Shown here: piece by piece, positions 1 through 12,102 of the stretch | Layout: the number at the start of each line of letters is the position of its first letter | Position numbering within the stretch: the first letter of the stretch is position 1 | From: Octopus bimaculoides | Taxonomy: Eukaryota | Length of the DNA stretch: 64,000 bases | Reading direction: 5' to 3' | NCBI RefSeq assembly: GCF_001194135.2 | Contig: NC_068984.1 | Coordinates: forward strand, 131,723,798 to 131,787,797 | Made by a program: the position numbers and the translations under genes | Notes under the pieces: model-generated | Databases searched by the model: none | Seen by the model: only the letters and a program-made list of their open reading frames with translations | Told to the model about the DNA's origin: nothing

Positions 1-340
1 GTTTCCTCATTGACCACCAGATAAGGGATCGGGGGACCCTGTCAAAGGCTTTCTCCATGTCAACGAAAGCCAGGTACAGAGGTTTATCCTTGGCTAGGTA
101 TTTCTCTTGCAACTGTCTCACTAGAAATAAGGCATCAGTAGTGCTTTTACCTGGCACGAACCCAAACTGCATCTCATCTAAATTGATTCGCTCCCTAATT
201 AGTTGGGCTATGACCCTCTCTGTAACTTTCATAACCTGATCTAACAGCTTGATGCCTCTGTAATTATTTGTATCTAAAGCGTCCCCTTTACCTTTGTAGC
301 AGTTGACTATGATGCTGCTACACCAGTCATAGGGTATGAT
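1..340 (-). mobile_element. RTE-clade LINE reverse transcriptase fragment, truncated at the window edge
   Basis: Minus strand translates as PYDWCSSIIVNCYKGKGDALDTNNYRGIKLLDQVMKVTERVIAQLIRERINLDEMQFGFVPGKSTTDALFLVRQLQEKYLAKDKPLYLAFVDMEKAFDRVPRSLIWWSMRK. This carries the non-LTR RT motifs YRGIKLL, QFGF and FVDxEKAFDRV. Confidence 0.88.
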
Positions 341-2192
341 ATATGCAATATAAATAATGATGCCCATCACAGATGCGAGATCCATGTCAACAAAGATAAA
401 TTAAAGATAAAAATATTTTCTATTGCCTATTTATACAGTTCACACCTCTTCACTCTTTATTTAATTATTACTTTAAACAAACAATTATGGTTAAATATTA
501 TTTATGAGTTGCTTTTCATTTCTTTGCTCTAAGAAATTCAAAATGTTTGTTCTAGTTTCTGAACTTGATTTCTAATTATGGTTTGTTCCCTGCTGATGAT
601 GATGGATAACCAGCTCACTGAATAAAGACATGAAGTGGCTGAGTATTCTGCAAACACATGTACCTTAATATAAATCTGAGGTTGAATCAGCACAATGCAA
701 GAGTGACAAGGCTGAATCTTTGAATTCCAGGCACAGTGTTGTTTTATACAATTTCTGTCTACTCATATTCACTAAAAAGCTTGGATTGACCCAAAGTTAT
801 GGTAATTGCATTTATCCAAGATGCCACACAGTGGGATTGAACCTAGGATGTCATGGTTTAGACATGCCCTATATACAAATTACCTTTCAAAGGATATTTC
901 ACATAGTCTAGAAAATTAAGCCTTTTTTTTTTTTGTGCTATTCATAATTTTGAGGCTTTTCTGTGGTTGTTCACCCCAGCTCAATTTATGTCTATCAAGC
1001 AGACCTGTGGTCAATGGCATTGCAGTCATGACCATCTCATCTTTTTTCCTATGTACTAGGAACCCAGGGCCACATTATTCAATGTATTCTGAAGATAATG
1101 GGATCTAAGGAAGATTTGACTTCTATTTTTAACAAGTAAGCAACCATGTAGTGGCTTTTTCATTGACCCAAGAATTTTCTATGTGTATGTATGATGTATT
1201 CCAATAATAACTTCTCTTCATCTTTTCTCATTACTTATTCATATACTTCTGATTTACATTGCACAACGAGCATATATCATTTTCATTTCATTTCTCTTGG
1301 AAATAATACATTAATTGTATTCTGTTTCCTATTTATCTAGTTTAACCAAGTGAGCATTAATCACTAGATAGCTTTGAAAGCAAATAGATACAGATAGCAA
1401 AAGAAATAGCTTCAGCTTAATACTAGTCATATGTTAGTTCACTAAAACAGACTGAAATTGCTCACACAGCATAACCTTGAAGTATATTTGGTTTTAAAGA
1501 CAAATTAACTTGATGCTACATAACTAATGAGTTACTAGATTTTATTGCATTGCTTGAACGCAGACAATATTCACCTTTTTGAATAAGCAAAATGTTTTTT
1601 AATGTGGCTATAAAACTTATCTACACCATACTTTGATATTTATGTATGTAATGAAAGACAAACAGTGGGATTTGGCCTATGCCTTTAGAATATTAATTTT
1701 GTAAATCAATCTTACAGTAAATAACACATTTTATATTTTGGTGGGCACTGAGTATTTAAATAACAATCTTTCTTTTAGTAAATCTGTAGAATTTACATGC
1801 AATCTTAAAGTGGGAAAAATATTTCTACCTTTTATTGTTGAGATACTTTTTGTTAGCATTTTGAAAATAAACTCAACAGAAGCTGAAAATTTTAGTCAAT
1901 AAGCTATTTGGTTTACACAAGCATCTTTGTCAGAGACTTTGAGAGTCAGAGTGGTGCATACTAAAATAGAAGAATATCACTTAATACTTAGGCTGTACAC
2001 CTATTAAATAAATCTTTTCCTGTGTCTAATTTGCATTATTGAAATAGTTGCACCTTCCCACCTTGTCATGGTTCACTTTTGTTTCCTTTGTCTCATTTTG
2101 TCTTGCAGTAGTCAGTGGATAATTAGTAAATTCAATACAATGGTTGATACTCTTCATTTTCATGTTTTGTTATTTAATCATTATATTCGTTA

Positions 2193-3495
2193 CAGGGGTT
2201 GGACAAAATAATGGAAGCATCTAGCATCATAATTTTGAAATATCTATAAAACCGACAAAAGCTTGTTTATTTTTATGCTTTTTGATTTATTATTAGTGTT
2301 GCTTAATAGGTTTTGCTAAAATTGTTGCTTCTTTTCAGATGTCATCAGAAAAAGGTAATTAGAATTCATTAAAATGACAGCTCTATCAGACTTTCAAAGA
2401 GGTTAAATTGTTGGTGCTCGTATGTCAGGCGCTAGTGTAACGAAAACAGCTGAAATGTTTGGTGTATCAAGAAGCACTGTCTCGAAAGTAATGACAGCCT
2501 TTGAGAAAGAGGGAAAAAACCTCCTTGTCAAAACAAAACTCCAGAAGAAAACCAAAACTTTCAGATAGGGACCATTGGACTCTTATGTGAATTGTTAGAA
2601 AGGATCACAAAAGTACAGCTCCCAAAATTACTGCAGAGCTTAATGACCACCTCGAGAACCCAGTTTCCACAAAAACTGTTCGCTGGGAGCTGCACAAAGC
2701 CAGATTTCACAGGAGAGCTGCAATCAGAAAACCACTACTTTCAAGAACAAATGTTGCAAAGCATTTAAAGTGGAGTAAAAACCTACAGAATTGGTCCCTA
2801 GAACAGTGGAAGAATGTTATTTTCTCAGATGAGTCATCCTTAACCTTATTTCCAACCACCAGCTGAGTATACGTGTGGAGACAACCAAAAGAAGCATTTG
2901 ACCCAGACTGCCTNNNNNNNNNNNNNNNNNNNNNNNNNNNNNNNNNNNNNNNNNNNNNNNGTTAAAAATGGAGGAGGATCTGTGATGATCTGGGGTGGGG
3001 GGCTATATCTTGGAAATCTGCCAGCCCAATGGTTTCCCTTCATGGCAGAATTAATAGTCAAGACTATTTAAGTATTTTATCTGATCAAATTCATCACATG
3101 GTTGCAGAACTGTTTCCAGAGGAAACGCAATCTTTCAGGATGATAATGCACCAATTCACACAGCTAAAGTTGTTACTGAATAGCACAAGGAACATTCTAG
3201 TGAAGTTGAACATCTTAACTGGCCACCACAGTTCCCAGATCCCAATATTATTGAACATTTATGGTGCATTTTAGAAAAACAAGTAAGGAGTCGATATCCT
3301 CCACCATCATCACTACAAGAGCTGGAGACTGTTTTAGCTGAAGAATGAAAATTCCTTTGGAAACAATTCAAACTTTGTACGAGTCCATACCTTGTAGAAT
3401 TCAAGCTGTAATTAGTGCCAAAGGCGGTCCTACACCATATTAAAATAAATTTGTTTGAAATTTTAAGGGATTTCCATTATTTTGACCAACCCCTG
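2193..3495 (+). mobile_element. Full-length Tc1-like DNA transposon
   Basis: TIRs CAGGGGTTGGACAAAATAATGGAA and TTCCATTATTTTGACCAACCCCTG (1 mismatch), with TA on both sides (2191-2192, 3496-3497). Contains a 47-N gap. Confidence 0.93.
2374..3443 (+). pseudogene. Disrupted Tc1 transposase
   Basis: MTALSDFQRG*IVGARMSGASVTKTAEMFGVSRSTVSKVMTAFEKEG (paired-like HTH), VIFSDES, a WPPQFPDPNIIEHLW-type motif and a GGPTPY* end. Has in-frame stops and frameshifts. Confidence 0.88.
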
Positions 3496-3917
3496 TATAT
3501 CACATATTCACTGTTGTCTGTCAGATCTCCCTATAACTGTTTCTCTCTCAACATTTGATGTTCTAAAGCTACCCCCAAATATGAACAATAAAAGAAATGT
3601 ATATATTCATAACTTCAGTGGTTATCATATTCGATTAATAGAGCATAAGCGATTGATGTGATTAGGATTGTATTATTTTTAACTCCTACCTGTCTTATTC
3701 TGACTCATTGTAATATAGACACAAATATTCTGTGATAGGAATGACTTAACACAAGACTTTACTTTCTTTTTTACCTCTCTATCCAGCCAATGCCACCAAC
3801 AAAAAATGGACATGAAAAGTAGTTTCTGATTTTAGTTATTTATTACTCAGTCATCAAGAATGAAATTTGTAGAAAAGAAAAAAGTTTGCTAATGTTTTAT
3901 AAATACAAGGAATAGTT

Positions 3918-5059
3918 TTATTCATCAAAGTATGCACCCATATTGTCAATAAAATCTTGGAAGGCATGTTTTACAGCATCGTCGGAATTGAATTTTTTCC
4001 TATCAAGAAGTTATCCAAATTATGGAAGAAATGATAGTCAGTGGGGGCAAGATCAGGTGAGTGTGGTGGATGATGGAGAACTTCCAACTCCAACGCCTGT
4101 GGTTTCACCAATATCACTTTTGCGCTGTATGGTTTGGCGTTGTCTTGCAATAAAATAGGAGTGGATCTTTTGACTAATCTAGGCTGTTTTTCTGTAAGTT
4201 TCTACAGTATACTTTGGCCGTGATTGATGAGTCAGGTTTAATGAAATCATAATGGATCACACCTGTGCCAGACCACCAACACTTTTGATGAATTTTGCTT
4301 TTTGGACTGTGTTTTGGTGGTTCATCTTTGTCCAACCATTGTGCTGAACATTTACAGTTCTTGTATTGAATCTACTTCTCATCACATGTTATAGTTCGAT
4401 TAAAAAATGATTCGTTTTTGGGACAAGAAAGTAGCATAATGCAGGCTTCCAAATGTTGCTGTTTCTCATTTTCATTGAGTTCATGTGGAACCCACTTATC
4501 CAACTTTTTCACTTTACTGATTTGAACTAGGTGAGTCAATATTGTTTGCTTGCTATCACCAAACAATAATAATTCACGGGCACTTTGAGATGGATCTGAC
4601 TCGACGGTAGCTTTCAGTTCGTCGCTATTCAGATTTGTTTCTGGTCGACCGCGTTGCTCATTTGTGAGGTCAAAGTTACCAGAACGAAATTTTGCAAACT
4701 AATTTGATACTGTTTGCTGTGTAATTACATCATCATCATCGTCGTCGTCGTTTAATGTCCGCTTTCCATGCTAGCATGGGTTGGACGATTTGACTGAGGA
4801 CTGGTGAAACCGGATGGCAACACCAGGCTCCAATCTGATTTGGCAGAATTTCTACAGCTGGATGCCCTTCCTAACGCCAACCACTCCGAGAGTGTAGTGG
4901 GTGCTTTTATGTGTCACCCGCACGAAGGCCAGTCAGGGCGGTACTGGCAACGGCAACATTAGAATAAAATACTCCATTAATATTCTGAGCTGTCTGTGAT
5001 GCTGTATTTCTAAGAAAGAACTCGTATTTCAAAACTGTACGAATTTATGACTTATCCAT
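3918..5059 (-). pseudogene. Decayed mariner (DD34D-type) transposase interrupted by a SINE
   Basis: Minus strand gives MDKS*IRTVLKYEF..., KKLDKWVPHEL, ITCDEK, HPPHSPDLAPTDYHFF and ...YFDE*. WVPHEL and SPDLAP are mariner signature motifs. Confidence 0.87.
4728..4954 (-). mobile_element. Young SINE-like repeat with (GAT/GAC)n tail, inserted in the mariner; probably RTE-tail related
   Basis: About 95% identical by eye to the plus-strand copy at 50437-50665. The trinucleotide tail lies at 4728-4750. The RTE relationship is an inference. Confidence 0.75.
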
Positions 5060-5451
5060 CTCTAAACAAAAATTAAAAAAACGATTTATAAATACTTTAT
5101 AAAGCGCAAAACGAGTTAGAATAAAGGAACAGATGTGTCAGCCTTCTAACAAAAAAATAAAGATTGTCAAAACATAATACAAATTTCATACTTGACGATC
5201 TAGTATTATTACATTACTAGTAATCTCAAGTTTTTGTTATTAATTTTACATTAATGCTAATCTAAGGTTTGCTGCACTGTAAATACAATACAAGCAGATT
5301 AACAATAATTTGCATCTCATAATCGCATAAGTAATTGACTAAGGAATTTCCCAGTAGCATTCTTAGTAAATCTTCAAAGTAGGAAACTCAAACAGCAATG
5401 ATAATTTTTTTCCCTTTTTTAGTTTTGTTCTCTCCTAATTTGCAGCTTTAG

Positions 5452-5502
5452 ATAAACTATGAAATGCATTATAATCATTCTCCTTTTGACGAGGATGATT
5501 TA
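5452..5502 (+). CDS. Candidate internal coding exon (phase 0 to 0): INYEMHYNHSPFDEDDL
   Basis: Long polypyrimidine tract with tttag acceptor and a TTA|GTAACT donor. The frame is open and phase-compatible with 16602. Confidence 0.5.
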
Positions 5503-6016
5503 GTAACTTTCTATTTGGTTTTACACTTGACTAATTATTTACTTGAGACAAACAGATGCTTACTCCTGTCTCACAATTCACTACTCAAGCAAACTATGGA
5601 AAACCATTATAAGTAGCACAAGTTGTTAATTGGTGCAAGCAAACCTCAAAAAGGGCTTGGAAAAATTTTCCAGGCATATTATCACAAATTAATCTAAAAT
5701 AGTCTTCATTGATGAAACAACAAAAAAACAAATTACTACATTTCGATAGACAAATTCTTTTTGTTAGAAAGACATTAATGAATTTATATGTGTAATCTAT
5801 TGTATTTGCTTGTCAAGTGGTTCCTGATAGGAGAAGTGAACTATAGAAACCATGCCAAAATAATGGAACATACAAGTGAGATGTGGTCCTCATCAAATTC
5901 AGGGAAACTAATTCTGAGTAAGAATTGACTTGAACAAGTTCCACACAAGCAAGCATAGAAAAGCAGATAAACTGATGTAAAATGATGATTGTGTGTGTGT
6001 GTGTGTGTGTGTATGT

Positions 6017-7238
6017 ACACAGTGGGTGTGAGAGGTATTTGAGGATATATTTGGTAATTTAATAAAACAAATCTAACCCTATAAAAAAAATATATATATT
6101 TTTTCATAAAAATTTGTGCACATCTTGATAAACTCTTTTTTATAAGATAACCATATGAATCTGCCTTCAGCTTTGGCAAGTGCTTCAAAACAGGACCACA
6201 GTCATTGACATACTGCACTAAATGGTCCTTGTTCATTTTGGACATCACCTGGACAATGGCAGCCTTCAATGAAGCTATGGTATTGTGAGGATGTCAATAA
6301 ATCGCTCCTTCAAGACTGCTCCAAAGATAGTAGTTTGTGGGATTTAAATCTGGTGAGTTTGGAGGCCACGAATTTGGTGCTACATGATCATAAAGATTGT
6401 CTGACATCTAATGTTGAGTTATGTGAGCCTTATGAGATGTTGAGTCTTGTTGAAGCACATATGACCTTTCACTGTATACTTCATCCATCCCAGAATAAAT
6501 GTCTTCAGCACCTCAACCTATCCAGCAGCATTAATTTTACAACCCTCTGGCATGACATCTTTGTTACTCACCACTCCTAAAATCATCACAGTTGCTGGAA
6601 ACTTAGTGTGAATCACTCTGGGAACATCAGGAGCTGCACATTACCTTGTCAGTTCTCCTGTTAGGCTTTTGGTTTTGGTCAAAGTTTTTCTCATCAGAGA
6701 ACAAAAGCATATTATGCTCATAAAGGTTTTTAACCATGTTAAGTTACCACTTGGCATGGATCAAACTGTTTTCTTATGTCTTTGCAGACATGAATTGGCT
6801 TCTCCTCAGTGCACACGACTTACATTGAAGGTCCTTGTGAAACATTGTTCTAAAAGTCCACTCTGACACCTAAAGTTATTTTGTTAATGGCCTTCATTGA
6901 TTTTCTGGGATCATCGTCAATAATGTTTTGGACCTGTTAGATGAATTATATTGTCTTTATAGTGTCTGTTCAGTTTTTTTTTTTTCTCTTTGATACATTT
7001 CAAACATTCTTACCAGAAGCTTCATTCTATCTGATCTTTGAGCAGAAAAGATCTGTAACATTTAGAAAGTTGTCAGTTTCTAAATCACTGTGTTCTGCAT
7101 ATATGGCAACAGTGACTGCATATGTTTATTATTTTATCTGCCATGGGGATCTGATAAAATAAAAACTTTTTAACTAGTTTGAAGAGAATAACATACTGAT
7201 AATTAAGTGTCCTCAAATACCTCACACACCCGCTTTAT
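6017..7238 (-). mobile_element. Decayed IS630-Tc1-mariner element, DD37D/maT-like
   Basis: TIRs GGGTGTGAGAGGTATTTGAGGA (6024) and TCCTCAAATACCTCACACACCC (7210-7231). Minus-strand remnants include IIDDDPRKSM, WPPNSPDLNP and SLKAAIVQVMSKMNKDHL. The subgroup assignment is an inference. Confidence 0.8.
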
Positions 7239-7269
7239 ATTGCTGAAGGCCATATCTTATTTTTTTATT

Positions 7270-7620
7270 CTTTTACTTGTTTCAGTCATTTGACTGCAGC
7301 CATGCTGGAGCACCAGCTTTAGTTGAACAAATCAACCCCAGGACTTATTTTACCACTCTTTTGCTGATCTGCTTAGTTACAGAGATGTCAACACACCAAC
7401 ATCAGTTGTCAAGCAATGGTGGTGGGGTACAAACAAATATATATATATATGTGTGTGTGTGTATGATGGGCTTCTTTCAGTTTCCATCTGCCAAATCCAC
7501 TCACAAGGCTTTGGTTGGCCTGAGGCTATAGTAGAAGACACTTGTCCTAGGTGTCACACTGTGGGGTTGAACCCAGAACCATGTGGTTGGGAAGCAAGCT
7601 TCTTACCACACAGCCAAATC
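7270..7620 (-). mobile_element. tRNA-derived CORE-type SINE (octopus OR1/OR2-like), full length with internal microsatellite
   Basis: Minus strand has an A-box-like TGGCTGTGTGG, a B-box-like GGTTCAACCCC, a CORE-like CACCTAGGACAAGTG and a 3' tail ending GACTGAAACAAGTAAAA. Related copies occur near 9850, 33005, 33480-33860, 39200, 45222, 49280-49645, 56330, 57350, 59120-59540 and 60955. Confidence 0.8.
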
Positions 7621-8439
7621 TGCTCCTATGTTCACTTAGTATGTATGACTTTTTCATACAAGTTTTTCATTATAAAAGCTCATTCTAAGCAAAACATACT
7701 ACAAATGACTCTCAATGTAATCTATTATTCTCAGTGTCTCACATTACCTTAAGGCTCCTAATTGAAAATGGTTTCTAGTTCATCACTTGCACCTTGCTTT
7801 CTCCCCTCTCTCTTATAAATATATGTGTAGGCTTGAAATATCAATGACTCTTCCATTTTTCTGAGTTAATATACCTTGTTTGTTGTTCTCTCACCTGTTT
7901 TTTGTTTTTGTACAATTTTGAATCATATAAACAATTTTTTGCTAGCTTACACCCATTATTTTATGCTTGCATGAATGCAGTGATGTTTTGCTTGACCAAC
8001 ATTTTTGCAAGTGGTTGCTCTTTCTTCTTCTGACATACCAACAATGAAATAGTGGGTGAAGTTTTAAGTCAGTGAAGCAAATTAGTTCGGGTAGAATTAG
8101 GTGTCATACTTGGAGGTACACTGTATTGACTTGTGTAAAATTTGAACTTATGAGCACTTGGTAAGTAGTTCAGCACATTAAACTTATAGAAGGATAGGTT
8201 GTATTCCATCTTATGTGACTCTACTCAGGAGGCTGTAGTATTATTTGATAGGAACACAGTTTAAAGAAATACATGGAACAAGATGGTAACTTTAAATGTC
8301 TTTAAATGCCGGCGACACACATATATATGCACAAGCTGAATGATAAATGTAAGTGGTTAATGGACATTTATTCATATATCTACATGCATCTGCGTGGGTT
8401 GTATGTTTGCTGTTAACCTTTGTGAGGAAGCTCATGAAC

Positions 8440-8790
8440 AGTGATATGTTAGAACTAGTGCTGTGTTGAGATGTTGTTGACGACATTAGTGAGAGACATG
8501 ATGGTGGTAACAAAGATGGAGGTCACTGAAATGTGGTCAGTGGTTAAACCTTAGAAGGTCTGGAACCAACAGACCCTGAGACTAGGAGGAGGTGAGTTTT
8601 TATAGCTAATGGTAGGCTCAAATGGAGTTTAGAACAGATTGTCTCACGTGATTTATTTGGAGGCTGCGATTGGTTAGGTTGCATATTGGCGCATGATAAA
8701 GTAAGAGACAAATTGCGTCAATACCAACTAATCAGAGTGGTAGACACAATGGGGTCCAAAACAGCACCCAAAGGTTAGCTGATACCTGCT
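8440..8790 (-). promoter_or_regulatory. Pol II promoter-like module, probably from an LTR or other retroelement
   Basis: On the minus strand: two CCAAT boxes (8685-8689, 8669-8673), CACGTG (8645-8650) and CTATAAAAA (8597-8605), in canonical order. Confidence 0.3.
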
Positions 8791-11700
8791 ATGTTCATAC
8801 GTATGTATATGTAATAGAGAGAAGTGGTTCGCTAGAGTTCGCTACAAACTCATCGTCACCGTGTCTCTTTGAAGAATTTTGTTTTAAAAGATAAATTATA
8901 ATAAATTAATATCAGTGACTGAAACAAGTTAAAGACGTTAGCATTTTACTGTAAATCTACTTTCAAAATATTTTTCTTTCTGCTTGCAATATAGAATTAA
9001 GTTGAATATTATTTTCTTTATTATATTTTATTTTATTAACACAGCAAGCTAGTAGAATTGTTAGCAAGCCAGACAAACTGCCTAACAGCATTTTATCCAT
9101 CTTTACATTTTGAGTTCAAATTCCACTGAAGTCAAACTTTTCCATTCCCTTTCAGGGATCACTGAAATAAGTATCAGTTGAACACTGAGATCATTGTAGT
9201 TAACTTATTCCCTCCCTAAAAATTGCTGCTAAAAATAACGTTTTTTTTTCTTCTGTCATTTCTTTACATCATACACTGCCAATGAGCCAACACCATATTT
9301 TTCACACAAGGTTGTCATTGATGTATTACTCTCTGTTTTTTTTTCAGTATTAATACTTTTTGTAACAGAGTTAATGTCAAATATTGATGTTTGGCTTTGT
9401 TAGTACCACTTGTAATAATTGCTTATCTCCAGAGGAATATTTAGGTGTGAACTATCAGTTAAAAAGTTAATAGCTGTTCCTATTTTCGCAGCATCAACCA
9501 TTGTAAATAAACTGTGGTGGATGTAAACAATACAAGAGACTGGTGGTACCACAGCTGTTGTGGTCAGGCAAAATAATGCCTTCAAGCTTCATATCAACAT
9601 CCTAAACCATCAAAGCTGCCAGGTGTGAGGTTCAATCCTGTATAGTAAATCATGTTATTTTTCTGATGTCCGTCTATTTTTCTTTGTATGCATGGGTTGG
9701 ACAGGATATTTTGTGGCCAGATACCCTTTCTGTCACCAAGCAAGGTAATATTTTCCCATAGCATGACATGTTCTCACAGAATTTTGGAAAGGAATGACAG
9801 TGACAATCATTTCACAGTTATCATGCGATGTCAAGACAAGAACACACACACATATGATGGGTTTCTTTCAGTTTCCATCTACTAAATCCACTTACAAAGC
9901 TTTGGTTATCTTGGGGCTATGTGGTGGGATTGAACCAGGAACTGTTTGGCTGGGAAACTAACTTCTTACCACACAGCCACATCTGCACCTAATGTTTATG
10001 AAATTTGATTTCTTCTTTAATGATATTTCTCCTATCTGTTGCTTATGCAATTATTGACAATATTATCAGGTTATTTCCTTTCTCAAACAATAAGAAAAGG
10101 TATGTTTCTATGAGTAATATAAGAATAAATACAATTTTCATAAATCATTTTAACTGAAATCATTTGTGAAAATTGGAAATATAATATATTCAGAGTTATT
10201 ATATCCAGATCATGTTTTGAGAAAATGTTGCAACACACAAAACAGATGTTTTCCTGAAATTTCTTTTTATGTATTGTCAAGGGGTGAAAGGGGCCATATA
10301 TGTTCCATTGTATAAAAATGCATGTAAGGAATTCATCTGATGTTGTTGCTTTCACAACAATCCAATGATTTTATTAGTAATGTTGTATTAAGTTCTGAGT
10401 TCAATTCCCATCCAAATTGATTTTGTTTGCCATCCTTTTTGAGGTGGGATGTCTATAAAATAACTGACTGTTAAATAGTGAGATTGATAAAATCAATTTC
10501 TCTCAAAATTTGTGGCCAAAGTTGGGGGTGGGGTGGGGGAATAAATAAATAGGCAGTTTCCGTTTTCTTTCTAGATTCTATGCTGCAGCTTGCTGACTTT
10601 AGGTAGCAATCATGGTGGAGATGAGGTTGTGGGGAAAATTTCTACAAGTGATTTTTGAGTCCAAAATATATACACTTGTTCCATTGCATTCTCAGGCCTT
10701 GCATTTCTGGGTGACAAACACTACACATTTATGAACCCACTATTAATGATGCTAAATGATAGTTGAGACTTCTTTTTACAAGTGTTATTTTGATTGGTCC
10801 ATCTGTTTTTCTTTCATGAAGAGAAATCTATTTTCTCCACATTACCAAAGGAAGATAAATGGACTAATCAACATGACCCTTTCTAAGTCTATTAGGGATA
10901 ATACCTATTTCTGTTGGTATTATTATGTATCTTCTTTAGTTGCTAAATATTTGCAGTCTCTCTTAATTCTTTACATTTCTTTCTCCTTTATACCGATTCT
11001 AGAGTCTCCCATGAGTTGTAATATCAGTTATTTTCACATTATTTTGGATTTGTTGTTCACTATTATAATATTGGGTTTCCAACTATCTTTTTAGTGTCAC
11101 ATACCAACCAATTTTAATGTCATTAAAAAATTAGTGTTTCTACTATTTATCTCATTTTAAATTTTCCTTGCTCACATAAGTTGGATGGGTTGTCGTGGTC
11201 TAATTCCTTTCTTTCTCTGTGTACTGGTGAGTTTATAAAGTATAATTACAGTAATAAGAGTAAATAAGATTCATTTATCAAACCTTTGAATAGAGATGAA
11301 AGCATGTCTCAGAATGCATTTTTAAATGTGAGTTGCACAGCTTCCAAACTACAGGGACTAATTGAAATAAAAACTCAGCTTTGAGACATGAAATTGATGT
11401 CCAGGAATTGATGTATTGTAAATATATGTGGAAGCCTCATGATACCAATTTGTTTGGGCAGGTGAAAGTGACATGACATTAGATAAAAAAAAAAAAAAAC
11501 CAAATTCACAACAATCATTATAGTATCTCGTGTGAAGGCAGCAAGCAGATCAACAGTGTTGTCTCAACATTGGCTGGAATATACCTTGCAGTGTTTGTTC
11601 CTGTTCTCCAAGCTGTTAGTTCAAGTCCCACCAAGGTCAACTTTGCCTTCCATTCTTTGGGATTAAGAAAAAGAAGTATCAATATTAGACGATGGATTGG

Positions 11701-11991
11701 CAAAACTGTTAAAGCATCAGATGCAATGGCTTGTAGTGTCTGTTTCAGTACATTGTGTTGTGACAGCAATACTTACAATGGACACTGGTGCCAAGTTCTA
11801 TCCAACCTAAAACAGTAGTCTATGGATAACATTAGTAATGTGGTGAGTGGTGACTTGCATACATGGACAACAACTGCTAATGTTCTTATAAAAAAACTTT
11901 ACCCAGACCTGCACATACAGATGAATGATTAACCCTGATTAACCAAGATCTGTGTGTTTTTTTATGTTTATGTATGTCTTTGTGCATGTGT

Positions 11992-12102
11992 AAAGGTGTG
12001 AAGGAAACGAATTACAAATCCAACAGCTGTTTCTAGGGTTTCAGCAATCCACAATAATGTCTGTAGGGACTGTTGGATTTGTAGTTCTTTTCCTTCACCT
12101 TT
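11992..12102. repeat. Short inverted repeat or MITE-like hairpin
   Basis: Arm AAGGTGTGAAGGAAACGAATTACAAATCCAACAG against arm CTGTTGGATTTGTAGTTCTTTTCCTTCACCTT; about 32 bp paired with a 43-nt spacer. Confidence 0.75.

Noticed and set aside
9402-9441. Exon-like TTCNNCLSPEEYL resembling TCYNCLPEL
   Set aside because: Phase 2 to 1 does not fit neighbouring candidates and the donor is weak; similarity this short can be chance.
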